Shown one piece after another: positions 1 through 8,692 of a stretch of DNA of 64,000 nucleotides. The DNA lies in assembly GCA_934748015.1 (NCBI GenBank), contig CAKVHF010000005.1, forward strand, positions 21,707 through 85,706, written 5' to 3'. Positions within the stretch are counted from its first letter, which is position 1; every line of letters begins with the position of its first letter. The translations under genes were made by a program, and so were the position numbers. Source of the DNA: an uncultured Clostridia bacterium (GTDB lineage: Bacteria; Bacillota; Clostridia; Christensenellales; UBA1242). The notes under the pieces are model-generated. The model saw nothing but the letters and a program-made list of their open reading frames with translations, was not told the DNA's origin and searched no databases.

Positions 1-102
1 GTCATCAGTAATCTTGCCATCAATCATAGGAACATTGAAGTCAACTCTAATAAGAACTCTCTTGCCTGCAACGTCTAGATCTCTAATTGTTTTCTTATTC
101 AT
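1..102 (-). CDS. pgk: phosphoglycerate kinase, first 34 codons only (gene continues past the left edge)
   Basis: Reverse-strand ATG at 100-102 translates to [34 protein letters not shown], the canonical Pgk N-terminus (RVDFNVP). A GGAGA SD lies just upstream. It is absent from the ORF track because it is truncated. Confidence 0.8.
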   Translation of the reverse strand, partial: MNKKTIRDLDVAGKRVLIRVDFNVPMIDGKITDD

Positions 103-260
103 TACATGTCTCCTCTATATATTGTTATATCTAATAAATTATGGTGATCTATATATTCATATATACATCATCTATACAACCAGTAGTATACAATATTATT
201 GATTTATCTCAAAAAGATTATGTGCATTTTGTTATAATTTCTTCAATATTTTTTTAGAAC

Positions 261-293
261 AAAAAAAAACTAACCAATTAACTAACTGGTTAG
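261..293 (-). terminator. intrinsic terminator of dusB
   Basis: CTAACCA / TGGTTAG stem spans the dusB stop codon and is followed by a 9-nt U-run on the minus strand. Confidence 0.7.
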
Positions 294-1235
294 TCTATCG
301 TTGCTGGCAAAGAAATCTTGCAACATATTGATCATTGTATCAAGATCGTCTATCTTAACTATTTCTGTCTTAATTTTTTTACATTCCCGATAATTGCGTA
401 AATACCACAAGATATGCTTACGGATATAATGCACTATTAGGTTATCACTATACTTGTTCTGCAATATTGATATGTGCTTGCGGATACAATCCATAGTAGA
501 TAAATTGCATGTAGTTCCACTCAAAATACTAAATATCTGCGGATAACCCAAAGCACCTCTGCCTATCATAACAGCATCTGCTTTAGTAATTTCTAATGCC
601 TCAGTGTACGACTGCTTATCCACTACATCACCACTAAGGATAACGGGGATATTGACAGCCTCTTTAACTTTTGCTACAAGCTCCCAATCACTATGCCCAC
701 TGTAGAAGTCTTCCCTAGTCCTAGCATGCACAGTTATCGCACTTGCACCTGCCCTCTCACACATCTTGGCAAAGTCAATGCAGTTGATACTGCCATTGTC
801 CCAACCGCTACGGAACTTAACCGTCACAGGTCTGCCATTGGAGTTGGCTACACAAGCCCTGATTATCTCTTCTGCTAGACTTATATCGGTCATAAGTCTA
901 CTGCCTGCACCGTTGTTAACAATCTTGGGTGTTGGGCATCCCATGTTGATATCTATTATATCGAACTTATCTAGTTCGGGCATATGCAAGACTTTAGCAA
1001 AAACACTTGGCTCACTGCCAAATAATTGCACAACCTTGATCTTCTCGTTGTCGGCAGTTTCTAGCAGTTCAAAAGTCTTCTCGTTTCTAAACTCTAGTGC
1101 CTTAACGCTGATCATTTCGGTCACAGCCCAGTCAGCACCGCACTCTACACATAGAGATCTAAAGCCAACATCGGTCACGCCTGCCATTGGGGCTAATATT
1201 AAATTGTTGCGTAAAACAATATTTCCTATCTTCAT
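282..1235 (-). CDS. dusB: tRNA-dihydrouridine synthase
   Basis: MKIGNIVLRNNLILAPMAGVTDVGFRSLC...INMGCP...; Dus-family FMN TIM-barrel motifs. Start set to ATG 1235. The ORF-track start at 1277 is GTG and lies within a TTGATT-N18-TGcTACAAT promoter-like sequence. Confidence 0.85.
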   Translation of the reverse strand: MKIGNIVLRNNLILAPMAGVTDVGFRSLCVECGADWAVTEMISVKALEFRNEKTFELLETADNEKIKVVQLFGSEPSVFAKVLHMPELDKFDIIDINMGCPTPKIVNNGAGSRLMTDISLAEEIIRACVANSNGRPVTVKFRSGWDNGSINCIDFAKMCERAGASAITVHARTREDFYSGHSDWELVAKVKEAVNIPVILSGDVVDKQSYTEALEITKADAVMIGRGALGYPQIFSILSGTTCNLSTMDCIRKHISILQNKYSDNLIVHYIRKHILWYLRNYRECKKIKTEIVKIDDLDTMINMLQDFFASNDRLTS

Positions 1236-1486
1236 AACACATTGATTGTAGCACAAATACACAGCAATAATCAACACATTTATCCACCATAACTTACGCC
1301 AAATTGCTTAATCTTTTGCTTTTTACAACCCTGCAAAGCACCTAAATTGCCAGCATTTTGATGAAAATTGGTGTAAATTATTGATTTTTGCAAGCCAAAA
1401 GCAGTCAAAAACATGCCAAAATGCATAAAAATAGGCATTTTTATCGCATTTTTAACGTAATAATTCGAAAATTGCGATTTTTTGTT

Positions 1487-1515
1487 TTGTTGTCGCAAAA
1501 TAATTATGGTATAAT
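1487..1515 (+). promoter_or_regulatory. sigma-A type promoter of hup
   Basis: TTGTTG-N17-TATAAT with a TGn extended -10, about 35 nt upstream of the hup start, which has an AAGGAG SD. Confidence 0.45.
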
Positions 1516-1550
1516 TGGGTATCACTTAAAATAAGAAGGAGATAACAATT

Positions 1551-1823
1551 ATGAATAAAAATGATTTAGTAAAAGTAATTGCTGATAAAACTGAATTAAC
1601 TCAGAAAGAAGTTGCTGGCGTTATTGAAGAGTTTATCGTAGTTACAACTAAGGCACTAAAAGCAGGAGAAGAGGTTGCTATCGCTGGACTAGGCAAATTT
1701 ACAGCTAAGACTAGAAAACCTAGAACTAGCATCAATCCAAGAACTAAAGAAAAAGTTAAAGTTCCTGCAAGCAAAGCTGCTACTTTCAAATCAGCTAAAG
1801 CTTTGAAAGATGCTTTGAACTAA
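1551..1823 (+). CDS. hup: HU family nucleoid DNA-binding protein
   Basis: 90 aa. MNKNDLV..., GLGKF...RKPRTSINPRT arm motif typical of HU/IHF. Confidence 0.92.
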   Translation: MNKNDLVKVIADKTELTQKEVAGVIEEFIVVTTKALKAGEEVAIAGLGKFTAKTRKPRTSINPRTKEKVKVPASKAATFKSAKALKDALN

Positions 1824-1850
1824 AAAGTTTCAAAAATAATTGAAATATGA

Positions 1851-1887
1851 AAAAATTACTTAAGTTATACTTAGGTAATTTTTTTTG
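1851..1887 (+). terminator. intrinsic terminator of hup
   Basis: AAATTACTTAAG / CTTAGGTAATT hairpin followed by T7. Confidence 0.7.
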
Positions 1888-1972
1888 GAAAAATTATATA
1901 ATAATTATTTAAAAATCAATTTATATGACAATTTTATATATAAATATTAAATAGTTATTCTATCTTGTAACA

Positions 1973-3751
1973 CTAGATCACTTGATCCTCTGGCTGGATA
2001 TATTTCCTAAATTTCTTAGGCAAAAACCTAACTAGTTTCTTAGGGATAGGCAAGTATGCCCACTCCCTTGTGTTGAATGCTCTAAGGACAAATAGTAGTA
2101 GAATATACATTGTCATCATCACTCCCCCAACAATCACCATAACCAGCCACGAAGGAAGGACACTGTAGCATAGTTGTTTGATCCCATAGCCTAGGACAGA
2201 AACAAGAATAATACTAACTATTGGCGTCACAAAAAATGTCTTGAAATTAACCCTAAGAGGAATAACTTTTCGCAAAGACAACACACAACCTACACACGAT
2301 ATCAGTAAGAACACAGTATTGGCGATAATAAGTCCAAAGACATTAAGTCCAGGAATTGAAACTAAGACAACTGCAAGCAGTGTCCTAACAGCTAGTGCTA
2401 TTATCTGGCTATAGAACGGCACTTCGGGTTTGTCAAACGCATTAAGGATAGCGGTAAAAGTATAAAGAAATGCGTTATATATTATTGATATACTGGATAG
2501 TGCCAGAATTTTGTAAGAGAAAGCAAACTCGTCTATAACCTTGCTAGACAATCCACCTGCATATAGCACATTGATTATTTCGGAAGAAAATATAAGATAT
2601 AACGCACACATTGGCAGGGCAATTATCCAAGCAAACTTGATAAAAAAGTTAGTCTTGGTCACAACAACATCTTGCGAACTAAGTTCGATCGTACTACTTA
2701 GGTTAGGGACAATGGTTGTTGAGAGTGCTGAGATTACAACTATAGGCAGACTAATAAGGCTGGACACAATGCCGTTGCTCATGCCGTACAGACTGGTCGC
2801 TATGGTTGTGCTATATCCGCTATTGGTTAGCAAATTTACTACAAGAAAACTATCCACAAATACACTAAGTGGCAACACTAGACTAGAAAGTGTGCTAGGG
2901 ATTGCGTATTTAATTAGTTTTACAAATAGTGTCTTATAACTGCAACAATCGTTGTTTTCGCAATAATATTTGTCACACCTAAGTCTCTTCTTTATCCTCT
3001 GTCGTCTACTATTGCTGCAATATAACACCGCTGTATTTTTGCTAAGATACTCTCTCTTTAGTCTATGTATTTCGTCATGCTTCTCGCATGGTTTTTTTTC
3101 GTAAAATTTGTAAAACTGCTTATGCCTATAGACTACAAATCGGATAGTCAGATATATAAGTGTAACAAGTTCGGATAATGTCACACCTATGATTGCTCCA
3201 AGCACGGCATATTGGACACCCAAGTCTTTCAATTTGTAAGCAAAAAACAAACCAAACAGCAACTTAAAAGTTTGTTGAACCAGTAGCGAGATACTGCTAG
3301 GAAGCATATTTTCTACCCCTTGGAAATACCCCTTAATAACTGCCAATACCGATGCAAAAACTATCGCTGGTGCAATGGCTAAATAACTAAGATAAGCATT
3401 GTTGTTGCCTTGCAAAAAACTAAATGTGTCGGCTAGCAAGTATGTAAGTCCAACGAGTATTAACGACACAATAAACGAACATAGTATTGCCAGTTTAAAT
3501 ATTTTTTGCTCGTTTCTCTTATTGAATTTGCTACGCTCAGTTGCAACCATTTTGGTCACGGCAGTAGAAATGCCAGAACTAGCCAAAATAAGTGCTAGCG
3601 AATAAAAAGGGAACACAAGGTAGTATACTCCCATGCCGTTAGCGCCTAGAATATGAGTAAGTGGAATCTTGTAAAATGCACCCAAAAATTTTGCTAAAAA
3701 TCCACCTATTGCAAGGATACTAGCCCCTATGAAAAAAGACTTCTTTTTCAT
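1973..3751 (-). CDS. MOP-superfamily flippase (MurJ/SpoVB/YabM-like polysaccharide biosynthesis protein)
   Basis: 592 aa with many TM segments. N-terminus FLAKFLGAFYKIPL is typical of SpoVB/YabM. Its start overlaps the spoVT stop (ATGA), as in the Bacillus spoVT-yabM arrangement. It carries an unusual Cys-rich basic loop (see findings). Confidence 0.75.
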   Translation of the reverse strand: MKKKSFFIGASILAIGGFLAKFLGAFYKIPLTHILGANGMGVYYLVFPFYSLALILASSGISTAVTKMVATERSKFNKRNEQKIFKLAILCSFIVSLILVGLTYLLADTFSFLQGNNNAYLSYLAIAPAIVFASVLAVIKGYFQGVENMLPSSISLLVQQTFKLLFGLFFAYKLKDLGVQYAVLGAIIGVTLSELVTLIYLTIRFVVYRHKQFYKFYEKKPCEKHDEIHRLKREYLSKNTAVLYCSNSRRQRIKKRLRCDKYYCENNDCCSYKTLFVKLIKYAIPSTLSSLVLPLSVFVDSFLVVNLLTNSGYSTTIATSLYGMSNGIVSSLISLPIVVISALSTTIVPNLSSTIELSSQDVVVTKTNFFIKFAWIIALPMCALYLIFSSEIINVLYAGGLSSKVIDEFAFSYKILALSSISIIYNAFLYTFTAILNAFDKPEVPFYSQIIALAVRTLLAVVLVSIPGLNVFGLIIANTVFLLISCVGCVLSLRKVIPLRVNFKTFFVTPIVSIILVSVLGYGIKQLCYSVLPSWLVMVIVGGVMMTMYILLLFVLRAFNTREWAYLPIPKKLVRFLPKKFRKYIQPEDQVI

Positions 3752-4263
3752 CCAAGCATCCCCTTCAATATTTGTGCCAAGATCTCCAATACTTTGACTT
3801 CACTCATGTCAACATTTGGTCTACTGCTATACGCAATAACACACATATCCGCACTGCTTACTCCGACTATAATTTCACTAGAAACATCGGATATTTTGTC
3901 ACACAATGGCAAGATGGTTGTGCTATCATCTATACATGCAAAATACACCCTATCTCTACTAACTATCTGCCTAGCCGATGCGGATATATTGCAACCAATA
4001 TATATATCTTCACCATACATTATGTTAGACCCAATAGACACAACAATATTCATATTGATGCCATCAGCAAAATGTCTAATAACATCATTGATTATCTCTG
4101 GTGAAATATATGTACTTGTTTTGCCTCGCAACACAACATCTCCGTTGTCACTTATGCCTATCTCTAGTGGGCTTCCTTCTTTTAGTTTTAGATAATCTCG
4201 TATCTCCTTAGGGATAACTACTCTTCCCACCTCATCCAGTTTTCGTATCACACCTGTTCGCAT
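3748..4263 (-). CDS. spoVT: stage V sporulation protein T-like regulator (AbrB/SpoVT N-domain plus GAF-like C-domain)
   Basis: MRTGVIRKLDEVGRVVIPKEIRDYLKLKEGSPLEI is the swapped-hairpin AbrB-type domain. Length of 171 aa and synteny with the downstream flippase match spoVT. Confidence 0.8.
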   Translation of the reverse strand: MRTGVIRKLDEVGRVVIPKEIRDYLKLKEGSPLEIGISDNGDVVLRGKTSTYISPEIINDVIRHFADGINMNIVVSIGSNIMYGEDIYIGCNISASARQIVSRDRVYFACIDDSTTILPLCDKISDVSSEIIVGVSSADMCVIAYSSRPNVDMSEVKVLEILAQILKGMLG

Positions 4264-4351
4264 TGATTACACACTTACTCCTTTTCTACTTTCTATTAGT
4301 AGTTGTGTATCAAATGTGACAATAATATGTATAGCATTTTCCATTTTCTGG

Positions 4352-4394
4352 AAAAAAATATCCATGCAACTCTTTTTAGCATGGATATTTTTTC
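4352..4394. terminator. bidirectional hairpin with A/T-run flanks
   Basis: ATCCATGC / GCATGGAT stem, A-run on the left and T-run on the right. It lies between the orphan transcription unit and spoVT. Confidence 0.5.
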
Positions 4395-4492
4395 TATCAA
4401 ATAATACAATTTTTAGTTTTGTACCCTATTATTATAACGCAGTCTGATCTTATAGATAATATTGGATATCAATTATCCGCCTATATATTTAC

Positions 4493-4520
4493 AAAAAAAA
4501 TCGAGGCATGCACACCTCGA
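4493..4520 (-). terminator. intrinsic terminator ending the orphan unit
   Basis: TCGAGG-tgtgcatg-CCTCGA followed by U8 on the minus strand. Confidence 0.75.
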
Positions 4521-4723
4521 CCATATTATATTTTATAAAATATAACTTTTCCCCAAGTCAAGTTCATGACACTTGCCTGAAGTACACCAGATTTTCGAAC
4601 ATCTAGTGCATTGATTAGAACTCGAACATTCTGCATTATATCCAAGTTCATTTGTGACTAGTTTTTGTTATTTAGCTGGGTTTCTCGCCCCTTCTACTTC
4701 AATGTGATCTATAATAATGTCAC
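4493..4723 (-). ncRNA. candidate small RNA or small-protein transcript (orphan promoter-to-terminator unit)
   Basis: Bounded by a near-consensus promoter (4730-4759) and a strong terminator (4493-4520). It follows the separate rpsI terminator. I did not recognise a known RNA family. Confidence 0.3.
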
Positions 4724-4729
4724 ATCTAT

Positions 4730-4759
4730 ATTATATGACGCATTCGTTTATTTTGTCAA
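4730..4759 (-). promoter_or_regulatory. near-consensus sigma-A promoter (TTGACA-N18-TATAAT)
   Basis: Read directly on the minus strand immediately downstream of the rpsI terminator. Confidence 0.5.
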
Positions 4760-4770
4760 TACTTTTTTTG

Positions 4771-4810
4771 CAAAAAAAACTTGGGATTGAAATAAAATAC
4801 CCAAGTTTTG
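4771..4810 (-). terminator. intrinsic terminator of the rplM-rpsI operon
   Basis: AAAACTTGGG / CCCAAGTTTT stem followed by a U-run on the minus strand, about 35 nt after the rpsI stop. Confidence 0.75.
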
Positions 4811-4842
4811 TATAAACAATATTTTTTTTGTAATAAAGCAAA

Positions 4843-5277
4843 TTATCTCTTTCTGAATTGAGGAGCTTTACGAGCTTTCTTAAGACCATATTTCTTTCTT
4901 TCTTTAGCTCTTGCATCACGAGTAAGGAAGCCAGCCTTCTTAATTTCGCTCTTAAGATTTTCATCAGCTTTAACCAATGCTCTAGCGATACCATGTCTGA
5001 TAGCACCTGCTTGACCAGTTAGTCCACCACCGTGTACGTTAACTTCTACATCATACTTAAGTAGTGTATCAGTCAATGCTAGTGGTTGTACAGCTATTTG
5101 TTGTAGTGTTCCTAGACCAAAGTAATCTTCTAGGATGTCGCCGTTGATACGGATTGTACCCTTACCATTAGGGAAAAGTCTAACTCTAGCGATAGATTGT
5201 TTTCTACGGCCAGTAGCAGCATAATTTACTTTCTTATTAGCAGGAATCTTCTTGCTAGTCTTTTTCTCTTCTGCCAT
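4843..5277 (-). CDS. rpsI: 30S ribosomal protein S9
   Basis: ...[19 protein letters not shown]...KAPQFRKR C-terminus. It has a Lys-rich N-terminal extension. Overlaps rplM by 1 nt (TAATG). Confidence 0.95.
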   Translation of the reverse strand: MAEEKKTSKKIPANKKVNYAATGRRKQSIARVRLFPNGKGTIRINGDILEDYFGLGTLQQIAVQPLALTDTLLKYDVEVNVHGGGLTGQAGAIRHGIARALVKADENLKSEIKKAGFLTRDARAKERKKYGLKKARKAPQFRKR

Positions 5278-5720
5278 TATTTAACTCCTCCTTTGATAGT
5301 GTAGTTAACTGGTTGTTGTGCATCATGAGGATGCTCAGCACCTTTGTATACTTTCAACTTTCTGAACATATCATGTCCCAAAGAATTCTTAGGAAGCATG
5401 CCCTTAACAGCCTTCTCCAATACAAAGTCACTTCTGTTCTCCATAAGAGCCTTGTATTGAACAGCCTTAAGTCCACCTGGATATCCAGAATGTCTGTAAT
5501 AATATTTCTTATTTAGTTTGTCTCCTGTAAGGATCATCTTGTCAGTATTGATAACGATAACATAATCGCCTGTATCTACATGTGGAGTATAAGTAGGCTT
5601 GTGTTTGCCACGAAGTATATATGCTACTTGGCTAGCAACTCTTCCTAGAGGAATACCAGCTGCATCGATCAACAACCACTTTCTGTCCACAGTTTTGTTA
5701 TTTGCCATAACAGTTTTCAT
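5277..5720 (-). CDS. rplM: 50S ribosomal protein L13
   Basis: [22 protein letters not shown]... Start set to ATG 5720, which is preceded by an AAGGAGTG SD. The ORF-track start at 5756 has no SD. Confidence 0.93.
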   Translation of the reverse strand: MKTVMANNKTVDRKWLLIDAAGIPLGRVASQVAYILRGKHKPTYTPHVDTGDYVIVINTDKMILTGDKLNKKYYYRHSGYPGGLKAVQYKALMENRSDFVLEKAVKGMLPKNSLGHDMFRKLKVYKGAEHPHDAQQPVNYTIKGGVK

Positions 5721-5922
5721 AAAAGTTTTTTTCACTCCTTGATAAATTTTTTCCAAAAATATTAATATTCTTATTCATTTCCGAAAACATTTTTTCATAG
5801 GGGCTAACTTACAAAAAACTTTCCGAAAATCTTCAAAGCGATATAAGTTTACAACAAGATACACACTTTGTCAAGAATTTTTCCAAGATTTCTCCAACTA
5901 AATTGTGTAAATATATTTATAC

Positions 5923-8520
5923 TTATCCCCTCTTCCAGTGCTTATTAAGATATATAGATTTGAACAATGTAGAATTATAGAATGTATCTGTAGACGACAC
6001 TTCTGCATCTATACCATCAGTGTAATTAGTATTGCTATATACTTTCCAGCCAGTTGTATTACTAAATGTTACACTATTTAATAAACTACAACCCTGAAAC
6101 ACCTGATTACCAATTGTTGTCACACCACTACCAATAGTTACAGACTTTAATTGTCCAGCATAAGCAAAAGCAAAATTCCTTATAGTCGTAACCGAATTAT
6201 GAATTACAACACTTTCAAGTTTGCTAAAACCAAAACTTTCCGCACCAATGGTTTTTACAGAATTGGGTATAGTAATTGTTGTTATCGGTATAACATAGAA
6301 AGCACGATAACCTATCGCAGTTACTGTATTAGGTATTGTGGAATTTTTACAGCCAGCCACTAGTGTATTTGTTACAGTCTCGATAACTGCATTACAATTA
6401 TCTCTACTGTCATATACAGCATTGCCAGCATCAACTGTTATTGTTGCAAGATTATTGCAATAACCAAAGACATTCTCCTTGATTTTATTTACATTTTTAG
6501 GAATATTAATGGACTTCAATGGTGTTTGATAAAACGCTTGTACTCCTATTGTTTCTAAACTGTTTGGCAATGTTATACCACCTAATAAAACTCCTTGAAA
6601 TGCTTTATCACCAATTGCTTTTATTCCCTCAGGTATAGTAGAAGTTGCAATACCTTGAACAAGAGTATTGGTTGCAGTTTCTACAATAGCATTGCAGTTG
6701 TTTCTACTGTCATACTTTGGGTTGTTTTCATCCACCGTAAGAATGGCAAGATCTGTACAATTATCAAAAATTGCTTCATCAATCGTAACAACACCACTAG
6801 GAATATGTAGACTAGTCAACCCTTTGCAATATTGAAATGCGTAACTAGCAATAGACACCACTGTATTAGGGATAATTGATTTATTACAACCTATCACTAG
6901 TCTATTGACTGATGTTTCAATTACTGCATTGCAGTTGTTTCTGCTATCATACTTAGGATTTGCGGAACTTACTACAATACTATTAGTTCGACTTGTACAT
7001 AATGCAAGGCTTCCTATATAGTTGACAGAAGCTGGAATATAGAATGTTTCAATTGGAGTAAGGTAAAATGCATATCCATTAATAGTTGTTAAACCATTAG
7101 GCAATACAATATTTGTTAATCCTGTCTGTTGTAAACTGCTAGCACCTAATGTTTTTACTGTATAAGGTAAATTAATTTCTTGCAAACTGCTTATACCGTA
7201 GAAAGCACGATTCCCGATAGTTACTATACCTTCTGGCACAACAGTATTCTGACAACCATACATCAATGTATTGCTTGCAGTCTCAATAATTGCATTGCAA
7301 TTATTTCTACTATCATAATTAAGGTTTCCACTTTCTACTGTTATAGCCTCTAATTTAGCATCGTTTACCAACAAACCACCTCCAATCGATATAACACTCT
7401 TTGGAATGTACAGACTTCTTAAATTTGTGCAATCAGCAAATGTACTATCTCCTATAGATGTTACAGTATTTGGAATAACAACATCTACTATTGTTTTGTT
7501 ATACCTAAACGCAAAGCCCGCTATGGATGTAATTCTGGCATTGCCATGAGTGCCATCATTGTGGATATCTGGTACAAATATGTTGCTGGTTGAACCATTG
7601 TATCCACCTACTATTGCATAGCCGTCACCTGTGTAGGTGTAGGATAATCCCGGAGTTTCATCTTCGTACTTAGGATATATATTGGTGGAAGATGTTATAA
7701 GTGCTGGCCATTCAACCTCTATATCATTGCCACTCTCGTCCTTAGTGTACCAACCTGTAAAGCATTTGTTTGCTTTCTGAGGATATATATTTGGCTTTTC
7801 GTTCTCACAATCAAGAACAAGATTGACCTTATCCATTTCATCTTTGTTAACTACATCGGCATCGTCTGTGCCGGATATAATTGTTCCGCCAGATACATTC
7901 TCTGTTGTGTTATCTACTAAGCCTGCTTTGGTTAATGTCCAGCCAAATTCCCCTTCAAATAGTACGTCTTTCATAAGATCTTGGATAGATGCAATAACAT
8001 AGATATATTTAGTTGTTTTGGGTAATAATGATTGACTGTTAAGAGTAGTCTTATTGGATGTTATTGTATTGTACTTTTGGGCTGTGCTAGAAGAATATGT
8101 AAGTAATATATTGTTGTTGATTGTATCTACTGGCACTTTTACCCCACCATCCTCTATGGTCTGAGATATGCTTGCTGGAATAGTCTCGGATAGATTGGTG
8201 AATTTGTACTCATATATTATCTTGGAGTTATCTCTATCCATAACCAGTTCGTCTTCGGTCTGATTAAGTTCACCACTCATATTAACTGGTGACAAAGTTA
8301 ATATATCCGAGTTGCCATTCTTGAGAGTATATACATTGCTACCTATATATGCCTTAGCAGATATCTCTACATATACATCACTTACTTGATACTTTACCTT
8401 CAATTGCACTTTTGCATTTTGATTGCCTGCAACCATCACAACCATGATACCCACGATCATGGCTATTAGCATAATTGACATCAGTGCAATTGCGATTAAC
8501 AATTTTTTATTCTTACTCAT
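5923..8520 (-). CDS. membrane-anchored surface protein, paralogue 1 (shared N-domain, GWYT repeat, BspA-type LRR super-repeats, shared C-tail)
   Basis: Lys-rich N-terminus plus one TM. About 230 aa is shared with 12903-14417 and 28620-30098 (VKY..DV.V, IIYEYKFTN.S, Y.YV..SI, F.G.FGW.L.K). Then CFTGWYT...IYPKY (Listeria-Bacteroides-type repeat). Four super-repeats of about 95 aa follow, each with YDSR(N/D)NCNA(I/V)(I/V)ET plus ..IG..AF LRR units. Tail is GWKV...HWKR. Start set to ATG 8520 (AAGGAAG SD). Confidence 0.8.
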   Translation of the reverse strand: MSKNKKLLIAIALMSIMLIAMIVGIMVVMVAGNQNAKVQLKVKYQVSDVYVEISAKAYIGSNVYTLKNGNSDILTLSPVNMSGELNQTEDELVMDRDNSKIIYEYKFTNLSETIPASISQTIEDGGVKVPVDTINNNILLTYSSSTAQKYNTITSNKTTLNSQSLLPKTTKYIYVIASIQDLMKDVLFEGEFGWTLTKAGLVDNTTENVSGGTIISGTDDADVVNKDEMDKVNLVLDCENEKPNIYPQKANKCFTGWYTKDESGNDIEVEWPALITSSTNIYPKYEDETPGLSYTYTGDGYAIVGGYNGSTSNIFVPDIHNDGTHGNARITSIAGFAFRYNKTIVDVVIPNTVTSIGDSTFADCTNLRSLYIPKSVISIGGGLLVNDAKLEAITVESGNLNYDSRNNCNAIIETASNTLMYGCQNTVVPEGIVTIGNRAFYGISSLQEINLPYTVKTLGASSLQQTGLTNIVLPNGLTTINGYAFYLTPIETFYIPASVNYIGSLALCTSRTNSIVVSSANPKYDSRNNCNAVIETSVNRLVIGCNKSIIPNTVVSIASYAFQYCKGLTSLHIPSGVVTIDEAIFDNCTDLAILTVDENNPKYDSRNNCNAIVETATNTLVQGIATSTIPEGIKAIGDKAFQGVLLGGITLPNSLETIGVQAFYQTPLKSINIPKNVNKIKENVFGYCNNLATITVDAGNAVYDSRDNCNAVIETVTNTLVAGCKNSTIPNTVTAIGYRAFYVIPITTITIPNSVKTIGAESFGFSKLESVVIHNSVTTIRNFAFAYAGQLKSVTIGSGVTTIGNQVFQGCSLLNSVTFSNTTGWKVYSNTNYTDGIDAEVSSTDTFYNSTLFKSIYLNKHWKRG

Positions 8521-8682
8521 TGCTACTTCCTTTTCATTTAGTATTTGTATTTTTGGGAAAAAAACAAAAAAGGATATGGCAAACAATTTTACTTATTTAC
8601 CTAATATCCTTTAATTGATTAATTATTAAGTTGTGTTTGTTATGTACTGGGGATAAAATTATGCTATCCTTACCAAAGGATA

Positions 8683-8692
8683 CCCCCCCCCC
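8683..8692. repeat. homopolymeric C10 (G10 on the coding strand) tract upstream of surface-protein paralogue 1
   Basis: Ten consecutive C read directly, 163 nt upstream of the 8520 start. Confidence 0.9.

Noticed and set aside
4731-5006. 91-aa ORF overlapping the 3' end of rpsI
   Set aside because: It is out of frame with the clearly real S9 gene and runs through the rpsI terminator.
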